DNA of 64,000 bases from Bispira polyomma (GCA_965649765.1 OZ287750.1:13764001-13828000), one strand, 5' to 3'. Numbered from the stretch's first letter, positions 49,796 to 63,338 are shown. The notes: generated from the letters alone by a model not told the origin. A program made the numbers and translations.

Positions 49796-51227
49796 AAAAA
49801 AAAATAACTTCAATCAATCAGAACATTATCAGCCTTCAGAAAGGCTACAAAAATATGATATTGATAAAAGGTATCAATAATGGCAACCTAGTTGAGTATA
49901 CAGCCAAAAGCTGAAGTCTTCAGTAGAAGAAATGGGTGGGTTCTGCTGCCCACCCTCATGTGCCCAGTATAAGTGAAGAGGAATCATTTTAGTTTTGATT
50001 GATTGGAGATGTAAATTTGCCCCGAGAGGACCCCAGTGACCCGCAGGCAATTTGTGTAGCCATCTGATCATAGGAACTCGGGAATTTGTGAGTCTGGGTG
50101 AAATATGGGTGGAGAAATCACCGGTAGGGAGAGGGAGGGGATGTGGTGGTGAAAGGATGAGGGGGGGGGGGGGGGGGGAGAGGAGGTATTATGAATCAAT
50201 CTTGGTTAAGATGAAATATTGTAAAAAAATTAAATTTAAAGTAAAGTAACTGTCATGTATATGTAGTGATGATATACTTTATACATAGTTACATTCATGA
50301 CAGAGATGAATTCCTAGTTTTTAGGGAGAAATGGCGTCATAGATGTTTATAGAGGTGGGTGTAATTACAGATCTTAAGATGGCTGTCAAAAATGGTAAAA
50401 AAATAATCATTCTGTTTTTTTTCAAAATTTACTAGCCTTTTTATCATGGAATTGCATTTAAAAAATAAAATGCTCTATTTATTACTATTTAAAAAAATGG
50501 GACATATTTGAAAAACAAAATCACAGAATGGCAATAAAAAAACTGCCAGGGTGTAATTTTGAACATAAACATTCTACAGGTCAGTATATTCCCAATGTTA
50601 TATTTTCAATATTTATATTTCAATGACTATATATTTTGAAAAACTAAAAATATTATAATAATTAAACATAGCATATTGAGAGTTTCAGATTTTATTCAAC
50701 CGGTATCTTAACAGCATCTTTTACTTAAAGACTTTGTTTTCAACATGATAAAACGGGAGAATATGCAAGGATTTGTTTTTGGACCAAGATGTGAAGAATG
50801 TACTAGAGGTGGGGAGGGGCTCCTAAATCTGTAGTGCTGAGCTGTAGGGAGATAGTCCATGTACATAAGATTCTCTCTGAAGTCTGCACAATGCTTATTT
50901 GTTTTACCTCCAAATGGCCAAAAGGTCCCCAATACGTCAGCACAGATTTCAATACAAAGAGGAAGCAACCAGATAATATGGTGAACAGAAGTTAGGTACC
51001 AAATACATCCCTTTCTTGATATAAGATTGGTCTGCAATAACTGATACAGAATACTTGTGGATTTGTTGGGTATTTGTATTAATTATAAGAATTATTAAAT
51101 GGTATTGGTAATTAAAATTAATATTGAGGCCAAATAAATATAGTGTTAGTTGCAAAAAAAAAAGGCTTTAAATACAGCAATCTATGGAAGGTGGCTATTG
51201 GAAAGATTCCACAGTCAATAAACTAGT

Positions 51228-51772
51228 TTATTATACCTCGGCGGCGAATCCAGCGATCCTATTGGTTAAAATGCAACCACGTGACATACCATATTTCACG
51301 ATATGGCCCGGCAGTCGAGGGCCATATCACCACAGCGGGCCATATCACTTGTAAAGTTTAGCAAGCACCATTGGCGTTTTTTTGTGTTTTTATAAAAGAC
51401 ATATTAAAGATTTATAGTTTAACACACAATTAAACAAATGTAGATACATTATATTAAATTTGCTGTTAAACGTTCTCGATACACCAGCGTCTTCGTCCGC
51501 TGTGGTTAAATTGTTTATATACTCGTCACGGAAGTTAGGGGCGCTACTAAACCTCGGAGCTCCGCGAAAATAGACGTCGGGAGTGAAATTCCTTATTGGA
51601 AGACTATCTTTATTTGATATTTTTAAAATGCTTCGGTATAATAAACAGAATATAAGCTGTTTGTGAGTGCTATACTGGAAAATATGCACCCGAGGTCTGG
51701 ACAATATGGCTTGAGGGCCGTTAGGCCCGAAAGGCATATTGGGCTGACCCTCACAAACATGTTATATTCTGT
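51228..51772 (+). mobile_element. non-autonomous element with asymmetric inverted repeats (Crypton-like)
   Basis: ttattatacc (51228) pairs with ggtataataa (51635), followed by a ~125-bp terminal hairpin acagaatataagctgtttgtgag..ctcacaaacatgttatattctgt. A second copy is at 63339-63566. Confidence 0.6.
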
Positions 51773-52007
51773 AAATATTCAGTTGTATTAGTGTTTAACA
51801 GGCTTCATATAGATGAATTACGATAGTCCAAACAAGGACGAACTATGGGGCTTTTGTATATTTTTTAATATTCCCTCGTATGATGTTATTTATATGTAAC
51901 ATCTTGACGTTTTGGCCACGACTGTATATTAATTCTACTGAAACTTAATAATTTGGCAAATGGTGTCATATTTAAGTTCGTTTTCTGCTCAACGTATTTT
52001 GAAGCAC

Positions 52008-52171
52008 NNNNNNNNNNNNNNNNNNNNNNNNNNNNNNNNNNNNNNNNNNNNNNNNNNNNNNNNNNNNNNNNNNNNNNNNNNNNNNNNNNNNNNNNNNNNN
52101 NNNNNNNNNNNNNNNNNNNNNNNNNNNNNNNNNNNNNNNNNNNNNNNNNNNNNNNNNNNNNNNNNNNNNNN
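52008..52171. other. assembly gap (N run)
   Basis: 164 N. Confidence 1.
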
Positions 52172-52226
52172 ACTTTAATTATGGACTGACAAACCCAAAA
52201 CGGCGATACTTACATGCATGGAAACC

Positions 52227-52676
52227 TTAGTGAGCGTTTCCATGCAGGCAACTTTTTAAGGCGATCAGGCGACGGCCGACGGCGATTCTATCAGTTTCAT
52301 TGATTTAAAACCAAGTGTTTCCATGTGAGCAACGCCGACAGGCTACAGGCAATGCCAGGCGATTTTTTCGCTACCAGGAGCGAAAAAAATTGCCTGGCAT
52401 TGCCCGTCGCCTTGTAAACATTGCCGATTGCTTAAAATAACTCAAAAATTATTATAGGTATAAATTTTATGAAAATATGGTGAGAAGGCTTATTTTATCG
52501 GGTATATTGTGCTTTTTGTTGCATCAAAATCGGTTGAGAAATGGCTAAGATATTCAGGTTTGAATACAGGTATCTATTTTTCTCAAATAATTGTACATAA
52601 ACATAAAAATTGAAAATTGCCTGTTATACATCGGCTGGACGACTCAGAAAGTTGCTTGCATGGAAACGCTCACTAA
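52227..52676. mobile_element. Harbinger-like MITE
   Basis: TIRs ttagtgagcgtttccatgcaggcaacttt / aaagttgcttgcatggaaacgctcactaa. Confidence 0.75.
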
Positions 52677-53460
52677 TGCTGAATTAAATCAATAAATATT
52701 TTAGAGTTAGTTCTTTCTGAGACTTTCTAACAAACACGCGAAACTTTAGCAAGGCTTATTATTTACATTACCTGTGTGTTAGAAAGTGAAACCTGTAATT
52801 TTTTAAAAGCTACATTTAGCCATAAAGCACAATACAGGAAACGAAAATAAAATGTATTAAAATGGTGTGTAATCGTTAAAGAGGGCAAAGTTTCTATTAG
52901 CCTGGGTAGTTAAAACATTAGTTAATAAAGAAATTTTATATTGTTTGAGCAGTGTATCCATACAAAACAATGCACGAACAAACCATTTTACATAACAACC
53001 TAAAACCGTGACCTTTTTCCACTGTTGTAACACTACACGAATGTAATATAATATACACCAATGTGTGAAAACCTCAGATAAGATGAAAGTTTGATTCAAA
53101 TCTGATTGTTTCAAGTTTCAATTCACTCAATTAATCGTGTTTACCAAAAGTAGTCCTATCCCATAAATCTGGCCTTTCTTGGTCAATATAACAATTCGTT
53201 ATTAATGTGATGATTATGGGTCTATAAAGTGATTCCAAAGTGAAGTAGAAATGTATTATTTCTCTCTCAAACTAAAACAATTAATAAATGTACATGCACT
53301 TGTAAATTTAACATAAATGTAAACAGATAGAAACAGTTACAACTATCAGTTCACTGAAAAGTTATCACTTGATTTTAGAACTTATTTTGTACAAGTTGCA
53401 ACTACATAAACATTTTGTAAAGTCCGTGGAAATTTCTATTTCTCACTAGCTTTGTGGTAA

Positions 53461-54065
53461 TGTCCTGGTCACACCTACACATTCTAGAACTACGTTTGTG
53501 TCATGTTGTGTCAATTTTTGAAACGTTTTGAAACATAGTAGGAAGTGAGGATCCCTGGTGTGTTGATTAACGAATGGTATCGTTACTGAAACGTCTCTGT
53601 TTCGTCTTCTGCATGTAGTGTTTCAAACTGTTTGAAACACTACAGTCACAACTCCCGTTTCTCCCCATTTCTCTGTTTCTTCCCGAACATTTCCGAAAGG
53701 ATAGACGTATCAGTAAGTAGCTATATGTAGTAGTAGGTAGCGAGGAAGACCCAGTAAGTAGTGAGATAGTCTCCGTTAGTCAAGAAAGTTTGATTAAGTA
53801 GGAGAAGGCAGCAGAATGCAGCTGTAAGTAGCAGTACATTAGCTCTATGCAGTAGTAGGTAGTAATATCGTACCAGTAAAGGGTCCGTTTTTTGCCCCCT
53901 CTTCGTGTGTACAAGTACCAACATCGTCACGGAATGTCATGAAATGTCACAATCGACTGCACCTTTATGGAAATGACATCACACTGACACAAAACTGCCA
54001 CGTTTTCAGTGTATATTGCTTAGGTTCGTTGGGGGACGTTAGCACCTGTAGGTGTGACCAGGCCA
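53461..54065. mobile_element. PIF/Harbinger-like MITE (605 bp)
   Basis: taa|tgtcctggtcacacctaca .. tgtaggtgtgaccaggcca|taa; TAA TSD. Confidence 0.8.
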
Positions 54066-54611
54066 TAAGGAAGCAATGCGTAGAATCACATTCGTATTTG
54101 TTAACGTGAAAGAAAAAAAATACGAAATCAGGAAATGATCTTTATTGTTGAATTGTTTGTGTGGTGATAGCTCTCAGTCAGTCAATCACTAACCACACAC
54201 ATGTGTACTTGTGTTTTTATGCATCAATATCCTGGAACTAGATTAAACACTTCCAGGATATTGCTCCTGTACAATATTTTTTTTATTACCAGATATCTCC
54301 CCCATCTATAGTTTTCATCTCCACCTTATAAACGTTAACAATTCATGTGCCGTCTTTATCTGACAGTTTATCAATAATAGATCCAAACTGTATCCTTGTA
54401 CCAAACAGTATAGTAAATCAATTCTACGTTAAAAAAAATTATTCTATAAAATTATTGTCTAGTAACAAATGTATATATATAAATATATATTACACATTTA
54501 AATTGCACACACGGAGATAAATACATCAACAACTAAGATGTGAATCTTAACTAAATATAAGAACACCCTATAATAAATCATTCAATGACATATATATGTG
54601 CTGAACTGATT

Positions 54612-54810
54612 CTGTGGCCTGGTGGGCAATACACTCACTTAGGAATGCACAGGCCCAGGGTTCTATCCCAGCCTGTGGCAACCAGGTACAAGCAGATACA
54701 TTAGAATGGCTGTCCTCTGTCATTGGGTCCTATCCCAGGTAACAGGCTAAATAACCTTGGGGACATTCATAAATGGTCATCCTCAAGCCTCTCTCTCTCT
54801 CTCTTCACTT
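54612..54810 (+). mobile_element. tRNA-SINE family B
   Basis: gtggcctggtgg, gggttctatccc, shared core, (ct)n tail. Confidence 0.75.
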
Positions 54811-54880
54811 GGTGGACTGATATCTTTACTGGTGGCTGGTTGGCTGAACTTTTCGATGCTAGGTAAAGTTAGATAAATCC

Positions 54881-55206
54881 TAGGGGCGTAGCTACCATTA
54901 ACGCCAGTACGCCCAGGCGTACCAATTTAATGTCAATAAAAAAAAATTAAAAAAAAAAAATTACTTTTTATCCTGTTTGTTTTAGTAGCAACATAGAGTC
55001 CTGTTGTTCAATTAAAAAAAAATTGGTACTCCTCAAGTGTCTATCAAAATATTATACCAACATGTTTATTATGTTGATGCCCCCCCCCCCCCACACACAC
55101 ACACACACCCCACGAATTGAATTTTTGGTAGGACAAAAAAAACCTAATATATTGGTTTAATTTTAATTTGGGAGTACCAGATGAAAAATCCTGGCTACTC
55201 CCCTGA
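54881..55206. mobile_element. MITE with AGGGGCGTAGC-type TIR
   Basis: taggggcgtagc / gctactcccctg, with aatcc on both flanks. Confidence 0.55.
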
Positions 55207-55296
55207 ATCCGCTGACCATAATTTTGAATATAATAGAATATTGATTCCTACTGGACTTTTAGGCAGTAAGATTAAGTACTCAACGAAAAAAAGTTA

Positions 55297-55517
55297 CAGA
55301 GTAAGGAATCTAAAATTGGCCACTGTATCTGAAATTCGCCACCCCTAAAATTTGAATAAAAACTGGCGAAAAATAACTGGAATTTGGGTAACTATAAGGC
55401 AAAATAGTCACAAAAATCTTGATTTCAACAAATATGACCCACAATTCTACCAAAAACACAATATTTTCTAGGTGGCCAATTTCAGATACAGTGGCGAATT
55501 TTAGATTCTTTACTCTA
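55297..55517. mobile_element. MITE with ~45-bp TIRs and TA flanks
   Basis: agagtaaggaatctaaaattggccactgtatctgaaatt / aatttcagatacagtggcgaattttagattctttactct. Confidence 0.8.
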
Positions 55518-56700
55518 TATATAATAATAAAAGTACTCAACGAAAGATAGGGCTTATATTTTACACTATAAATATATTGTGATAAGTTTTAGATTTAAAT
55601 AACTGAATTAATATCTATAATATAACTTTTTATCATCTAGTGACAGTCATAATAATAGAAAAGTTTCAAACTTTCATTTTGTTGTTCTGATTTTAGGTAA
55701 AGCTCAGGGAAGGCTAAGAAATGCTTAATTGTGCAGTTACAAAAAACTGTTTATCAGAAATTCTGTAAACATTAATTAACACAGATTACTGTGGCGGCGC
55801 TAGTATAAATCATTTGGCAGTCCAGTAAGTACAAATTGATAGACGCCTTGAAATATTTTCCTCTGGATAAGAAATGTTATTTATGGTAAAATTGAAAGAA
55901 TAAATGTATTTGCAAACAACAACTAACGTAAAAAAGAAATTTGCGATAAAGCAAACACGCCCACTATGTACACATATAGGACCAATTCTGAACAAAGAGG
56001 AACAATTCTGTACGATGACGTTATGGCGTTGCTTTTGCATTGAACCTCTGAACGGGGTTCACAGACATGCATTGATTTGATTCATGTAACAGATGTATTT
56101 AACTAGTATGCAGTCATTATATTTTATCCTTATCCACCATGCATACAGTCATTAAGATTCCTCTGTGTGAATTATGTCAGTCTTCTCTGTGGAAATACAA
56201 AGTTTTGTCAGCATCCAAGTCTATATATAACGTCATACTGCCCTCGTATACTACACGGGTGGTAAGAATTCTGGCTGGTACGAATTCTGGACAATACAAT
56301 TATATGGAAATATCAGGTAATACACAGAAACTACCATGTCAAACTAATGTTATTTTGTAATTTATTTTACACAACTAAATGTCTTCTTAATAAAAACAGT
56401 GACAAAATATATAATAAATCATAATTTAAATGTATAGATATACAAGTTAGTCCTATATATTGCATTTACATATAGGTGTTTCAAGTACATCTACTTATAT
56501 CTTGTGGTGGCAAAGCACTGACCTGATAAAATATTCTTTATTTCAGATTTAATAATAAAATTATGGAAAAAAATAAATAATAACAGGAAATAAGATGAAG
56601 AAGCATATAGAAATGCTACTTTGCGCAAATGAATCCCTATGCAGCACTCAGCCTTGCACTTCCTCCTAACCACCAAACTGTCTAGAATTCATACCACTTG

Positions 56701-56786
56701 ACATATAAACAAATTTAAAACCTTATTTTAAAGAATCTGTCAAACATATAAACAAATTTAAAACCTTATTTTAAAGAATCTGTCAA
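56701..56786. repeat. exact ~43-bp tandem duplication
   Basis: acatataaacaaatttaaaaccttattttaaagaatctgtcaa twice. Confidence 0.85.
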
Positions 56787-58060
56787 AAGATTTTTCATTG
56801 ATATTGATGTATGACAAGTGTTTCATGTATACCTATTTCAGTACATTTGACTTATATTATATCTTATGCGACATACTTAAATTTAAGTAAAAACATCAAA
56901 TTCTGTCCAGAATTCCTATTATCCGTGTAATGCATGAGACAAAAGGACGAGAAGAAAGTTTAGTATTCAAGTGAGTCAATGTTAAAACTCGGTTGACCTT
57001 TCAATGTTGTAATATTTATAGATTCGATGTTCATCAGGGTGGTAGAATCTACCTAGAGTCTAGTGTTGTATCTTGTATATCGTTGTATCATATATTCAAT
57101 TAAACCCCTTTTGTTTAATAAATAGAGGGGGTGTGTACAGTACTTCGGGGCTTGTCAGACAAATCATATTGCTTGTATTCGTCATTGTGACGTGTGGATA
57201 TTAAATAGAACGTTATGACGTATCATAGAACAACTCGGGTACCTGAAATATGAGGGGACATTTGAAAAAGTCTTACATTACCCAGACGTAAACGTAAATA
57301 CATTAGAAGGTACATGTGTTATCTTTCCACAAAATGAAAAAAAAAACAAAACAACAAAAACTAATAATAATAATAATAATATACGAGTACAACCTAACTT
57401 TGATCAATATATAACTTTTGAACACGTGTACTTATACATGTACCATAATGTAGCTGTGGAAGTGACACCATAGCTTAACTAATAATGCATTGAGGTTTCC
57501 TTAAAGTCAGGATGAAAACAGGGAAATGGCTTGGGGACGCCCATTCCTTTAGCAATTCACACCGATGGAATTGATTAATATTACGTCTAATGAACCACAT
57601 TTCAATACCTACCCCCATGACTTCATAAGTTGGTTCACTTCGATAGTGCGTGGCAGGGTAAGCGCTTCAACTTTGTTATACTTTATCTTTTTTTACCTTA
57701 ATTTTACTATTTGTTTCTTACATTAAGTGTATTAGGTGAGTATATTGCCATGTGTAATTATCACGTTTTAGTAATCGTGATGATTTGCATGCACGGTACT
57801 TGCTACAGTAGATATTTTCGTCATTACTACCATTATAAATGCCTTTAAATCAAATAAACTGCTATGTTTTGGTATTATTATTTTAAATTGATCTCTTATG
57901 TAAAAGCTCCCATGTCTTTGTTTTGATTAAAAGTATATTTATTTTGCCCATGACGAAAATATATTCTTGACGAAAATATCTACTGTAGTGAGGCAGTTGA
58001 CCGAGTATTCTTTCCTCGGCAATGCTTTGATTTACTGATGTAGGTTTATACTTAATAAAT

Positions 58061-58145
58061 CGAATAATCTGTCCCTATTTAGCGAGATTCCTTGCTGTTG
58101 ATTTGATGATGGAAGGAATCTCGCTAAATAGGGACAGATTATTCG
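58061..58145. repeat. perfect 33-bp inverted repeat with 19-nt loop (MITE-TIR derived)
   Basis: cgaataatctgtccctatttagcgagattcctt / aaggaatctcgctaaatagggacagattattcg. The same terminus occurs at ~14115-14150 and ~59250-59290. Confidence 0.9.
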
Positions 58146-58364
58146 GTCTAGTATATAATATACCTCTGAATTGCCGCCCTATTCCAGCAACTTGATTAAG
58201 GTGCAACATTCAAAATATCATTGAAAAAATGAATGTATCTATCTGAATACTTCCCCTAAAATTTTCGTTATGGTATCACCAGAAAGCTCTTATAATTTAC
58301 CTTGGGATAGGTTTCACTAATTCAATTCAAATCAAATGCGGATGAAGATATAGTTTAATTTTGA

Positions 58365-58690
58365 CTGCCTCCCTGTAATAAGGTATAGCTCTATTCTAGC
58401 ACTCGTATCTACTTTCACACCAGAATGCCGCCCTGTACAGATGCCTATAGCTCCATTCTAGCTCCCATTCCAACTTCCTGTCCTAAATGCTGCCCTGTAC
58501 AGAAGCACAGCTCCATTCCAACACTCATTCTAACCTCCATTCCAACCTGCTGCCCTGTAGAGAAGTATAGCTCCATTCTAACTCTCATTCCAACCTTCAG
58601 TCCAACCTGCTGTTCTGTATAGAAGTAAAGTTTTATTCCAGCTCCCATTCCAACCTTTAGTCCAGAATGCAGCGCTGTACAGAAGCCTAT
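58365..58690. repeat. 60-bp minisatellite (~5 diverged copies)
   Basis: tgccctgtacagaag..tagctccattcta..cattccaacct with 60-bp period. Confidence 0.85.
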
Positions 58691-58999
58691 TGCCTTTGCT
58701 AGGTTTTGCACTCAAAAATGGTGATTATTATTAATAACTCAGAAATTATTGAAGGTGAAATTTGCATGAAAATAAGGTAAGAAAGCTTATTTTATTGCAA
58801 TTCCTTACCTTTTGTTGCATCAAAATCCGTTGCGAGATATTAAAGATTAAAAAATACCCAGCTTTCTAAACTAGGGCAGCCATACAGGGCAGTACATGGC
58901 GGGATTCCGATTCTATTCTGGTTCCAGATATATTCAAAGGTATGGTATATACCGCTAATGTATGCTATCTACGCTGATGCTTGGATTTACTGATAGTAG

Positions 59000-59290
59000 C
59001 ATGGCGAGGGACAGAGCAGCTTCCATAAGCAAAACATTATAAATCAAAATTGGCATATATACAGACTCTGGTAAAAATAAATGTATACCCTCATTCCTTA
59101 TATATAGTGGACGATTTTCTGATATTTCATGCCGATATGATACTTATCAATTAATATAAAATGGCCATTTTACGTTCAGGCTAAATATACAACGCTTTGC
59201 TTATGGTAGCCGTTCTGTCCCTTTTCTTGTATTCCGTCATCGAAATAACAGCAAAGAATCTTGCTTAATAGGGACAGATTATTCGGTCTG
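59000..59290. mobile_element. MITE remnant (tagaccgaataatc TIR family)
   Basis: Internal IR agggacagagcagcttccataagcaaa / tttgcttatggtagccgttctgtccct; terminal end at 59290. Confidence 0.5.
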
Positions 59291-59444
59291 CATGCAGGGT
59301 TACCTTGGCCTAATTCCAATATGGGTTCGAATCCTGTTTGTTCCTTCATGTGCGAAAGTTTCTCAGGTATTTACCGTATGTCAGTGCTATACAGTGCTTC
59401 AGCAGAGGGTGTTATTTATTTATTATTCAAAAACGAAGTTAGTG

Positions 59445-59700
59445 GGTAACTAGACCTATCTGTGCTCACCTGCACCTGTGTACGTATCCGTATATATATA
59501 TTCACGGGTGATAGCCATAGTTTACCAATTTATGTAATTTCTATCCACATCCATAGAAATAGCTTCTAGGACCAAGGATGCAGATGGGAATGACGTAAAT
59601 CGATTGTGTTTGCTATATATGTGGTTAAATGTCTATCACCCATGAATATTATACACAGGTGCGGGCATGAGTGTGAATAAGTCTATTTTCCGACTAAGCC
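59445..59700. mobile_element. inverted-repeat element of unknown family
   Basis: gcacctgtgta..tattcacgggtgatag / ctatcacccatgaata..tacacaggtgc. Confidence 0.5.
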
Positions 59701-60296
59701 AAGTCTTGGGCTTAAATCTAGTATACAGTTCTATTTGAATACAAATACAATATTTTATCAATTTCTAAGTTTGTCTATTTCTGTTACATGTGAATGTTCC
59801 TGTTGATTATGATAAGCAACTTGGTACTTGTCAGCCAGTAGATTTCCCCCACCGATTTATAAACTGATTTTAAACTGTTGCTATATTATATCCACTTTAG
59901 GAAAGGTCAACTGGTAAAATTCACTGGCCGGTGAAATTCATTGTGTGACCAGAAGCCCTTACATTGCTACCCCTTGGGCAATATTGACATACCCAACATA
60001 ATGTCTGAAGTTTTTCTAGATTAATATCAGTATTTTTTTTAAATTCTTCTCTTTCTTGTATACATCTAGGTTGATTGTTGTATTTTCCACTTCAAGAATG
60101 AAGTAATTTTTAAAGTGCAGGCGTGTGCCACAGGACAAATTTTTGCAAGCCTTAATTTATATCAATTACCAAAAAGTCTTGTAATATATTTACATTAAAA
60201 ATGTTTGTCTTATTTTATGTCAGGGTAGTAGGAATTCATTACTGCCTGTGGTTATAATTCGGCCGTCTGTTGCAAATCAGTCACCATACAATAAAT

Positions 60297-60500
60297 GTGC
60301 TCGGATGACCATTTGAAATAGCGGTCCTCTGTCACTGAGTAATATCTCCAGTGGCAGATTAAAGATCTTTGAGGACGTTGATAAATGGTCATCCTCGAGC
60401 AAGCCTTGGTGCCCATAGTTGCTGCCCATGAGGAAGAGCATTTGAAACGGACCAGTGTTGTATAAGTGTGCTATAACAAATGTTCCTTTTCATTTCATTA
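60297..60500 (+). mobile_element. tRNA-SINE family A, 5'-truncated
   Basis: Core plus tail ctcggatgacc..gctgcccatgaggaag..gctataacaaat..catttcatt. Confidence 0.75.
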
Positions 60501-61097
60501 TTATCTCGAATGGCCGTGAGGCCATTGAGAGATGATGGTATGATGTACCCAAAGTGAAATCTGTAGACAGCACTATCTACCATCTCCGTTAGTTAGGTTT
60601 CGGGAGTTAGGTGTTGTTGGTACTGAGGACGTGTCACATGCTTTAATATATTTGTTTGTTTTTTTTTGTTTGTAAAATCAGATTTACCCTTTGACCTACT
60701 ATAATTACTGCATATTTTGTGATGTTATTCCGTTGAGCCAATCCCTGTTCAAGACTTGACCAGGCATATATATATGATAAACATTAGCTTTTTGCATGAT
60801 TATGCCAATGCTTATTGGCATAATCATGCTATTCTGGAGAAAGTGGGGGCAGAGGGGAGTGGAAGAACCATAGTTACGCATGGCAACAACCTGTAGACAG
60901 GGTAATCTCTGAATCTGTCGGGAGTTGTGCTCTTATATTTGAAATATATACACTCTCTGCTCTCTAGTTGGTCCAAAGTTAATTTGGCTTGATTATATGG
61001 GGTATTGTAAAGGTTATTCAAGTTTTATACTTTGAGATTGTCAGATTTGATTGAAAGGTCCTTTACCACACTGTACAGCATGACCCACATGGCATTC

Positions 61098-61100
<3 letters not shown>
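60501..61100 (-). mobile_element. possible HINE-like element
   Basis: End hairpin ctcgaatggcc-gtga-ggccattgag; sub-TIR ggtatgatgtac / gtacagcatgacc. Confidence 0.35.
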
Positions 61101-61128
<28 letters not shown>

Positions 61129-62277
61129 CTGTCTATATACAGTTTTGTACAACAGTGAATGACATCACAGTCTAGAGATTAAAGAGTGTGTGTGTGTGAC
61201 TGGGGTTTACACCTGTCAGTTCTCATACATATACTGCTGGTCACAATATTTGGCTTGATTATAATTGCTTTTTTTTTTTACTGTTTTAATATTTTTTTAT
61301 TTATTTCATACAATCTAATCCTATATATATTTATATATTAAAAATGCTTTGAGCTTAAAGCAATCATTCTATTGGTGTACGTTTAAAACAACAACACAAA
61401 CAGTTACTTCTACCCTAACAATAAAAACTGGCCTTAAAAATTGAAGCAGTTATAACAAAACATATTTTTAACAACTAGTGTACTGCTGTAAAAGGAAAGC
61501 AAAGTCAAACACCTCGCTTCTTGTATACATACGTTGATGGTCACAATGTGTGTCCAGGTCATGGTTGGTTTTTTTTCTTTGTTGGTTCTTTTCATTAATT
61601 TGAACACAACATAAATATCTATTAAACTTGACTTTAAGTAAGTTGTCTAATTTACCTTAAATCACTGTACTTTTCTTTTTTTAAAGTTTAAAACATCAAT
61701 ACAAACCTTTACAAAAATATGGCTTTAAAATGATGCAACAATGGCCTGAATACTATTTTGTACAATCAGTATACAGTAACACAACTCTCCACAAAAGAAC
61801 CTTGGAAAGGAAATGGAAAAGGGAATCAGTACTAGTACAAAAGCTAGAAAACTGGGAGGGGGTGAGGACTAGTACAAAAGCCAGAAAACTAGGAGCGGGA
61901 CGAGGAGGGGGAGTGGGGGGGATTTCTAATGAAACTTTATACATACTATGTACATGAAAGACAACTTTTGTTCTGTATGTGTGAAAAAATATAGAACAGC
62001 TATACAATACTTTTAACATAACATTGTAGAATAAAACATTTTGGAGGTTTTATAGTCAACATTTTTGTTATAATTTTTTAATAACTAATAATTATGTCTC
62101 GTATAATGTGGTAGGTTGTTGGAGGTTTATTCATAATATATGATATAGTGTCAGCGGCGGTTTACTGGACCTGTGACCGAATGGTTAGATCGATAAGAAT
62201 AATTCACTTCAAGTATTTGTTTCGTGTAATAACACCTATATCAGAAAAACTATTATTTTTCTATTTAGTCGCAGTTA

Positions 62278-62334
62278 TGCAGCCCAGAAATTAGGCCTCA
62301 CACCTGCAGCCCAGAAATTAGGCCTCACACCTGC
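62278..62334. repeat. 27-bp tandem duplication
   Basis: tgcagcccagaaattaggcctcacacc twice. Confidence 0.85.
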
Positions 62335-63338
62335 ACATAGCAAACTAGTCATGCTCTTGTGTGAAAAATAAATTATCAAAAAAATAATTATCAAAACAGT
62401 TTTAGGTGATTCGGTTGTTTATACACAGATGTCTCAGATTTGAATTTTTCCCTTTGGTTTTACTTACTAGGTACCAACAGTAGATGGTTCTCAATCCATT
62501 TCAAACCGCTAACTGGTAACTGGTTTGCTATTTTCGTACTCACCAGTAACTTGCTTTGTAGTGGCATTATCATTATATGGCTGCCAGGCCATTTTCCTCT
62601 TGTGGGATATATACAAGATATATATTTGACATGTCCGTTTTGTTGCTTTTTCATTAACCAGCTGTTAACCCTCTTACCCTTACTACCTTGTTATGCCCAT
62701 GGACTTTAAAATTAGCTTACTGATTCTACTGTTATGCTTTAGAAGATGGCTAGCATCAATAAAGCGTGTTGAAAATGCATAATAATAATAGGAGTTGCGA
62801 ATAAAGAAGAAATTGCCTTGATTCAATAAAAATATTATTATTCGATGAAAATTTAACAAAATATTACCTTGTATGCACACTTAGTTGCTTTAATCCATTA
62901 AAATTTGTTCAGTTTTCGACACTTCGGCAGCTTTCCTAATGATGGCCATATTTGTGGTTAACTATATTAACAGCACTGTGCACCCTGTACATGCAGGTAT
63001 GTAGGAAATCTGGGTTCAAAAACTTTTCATAAAAGCAATGGATATGGGAGTATTAAAAATAGATTTTATTTTAATGAAACTTTCAATCTTTTTAAAACAT
63101 TCTAGGAATCAACACTATACCAAGAAAAACTCTTATCTGAGCACATATTATAAGAAAGTTTATTTACAATTACATGAATAGTTGTATAAAGCAATAGCTA
63201 AGTCTGAATTGGTTATAACATAGAACTTTTGGAGTTAGGCATGAATTAGAATGGCAGAAGTTGTACAAAAAACAAACACATTCTGGATTATGTGTTGCAC
63301 TCATATCAACACTATTACTATCCAAAGGATAAATAATT

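Noticed and set aside
50708-51037. 109-aa ORF
   Set aside because: No recognisable domain, and no splice context linking it to a gene.
51953-52189. ORFs across the N run
   Set aside because: Artefact of the assembly gap.
58425-58711. 20-aa repeat protein from the 60-bp repeat
   Set aside because: Short ORFs on both strands, stops in neighbouring units, and no exon boundaries or domain similarity.
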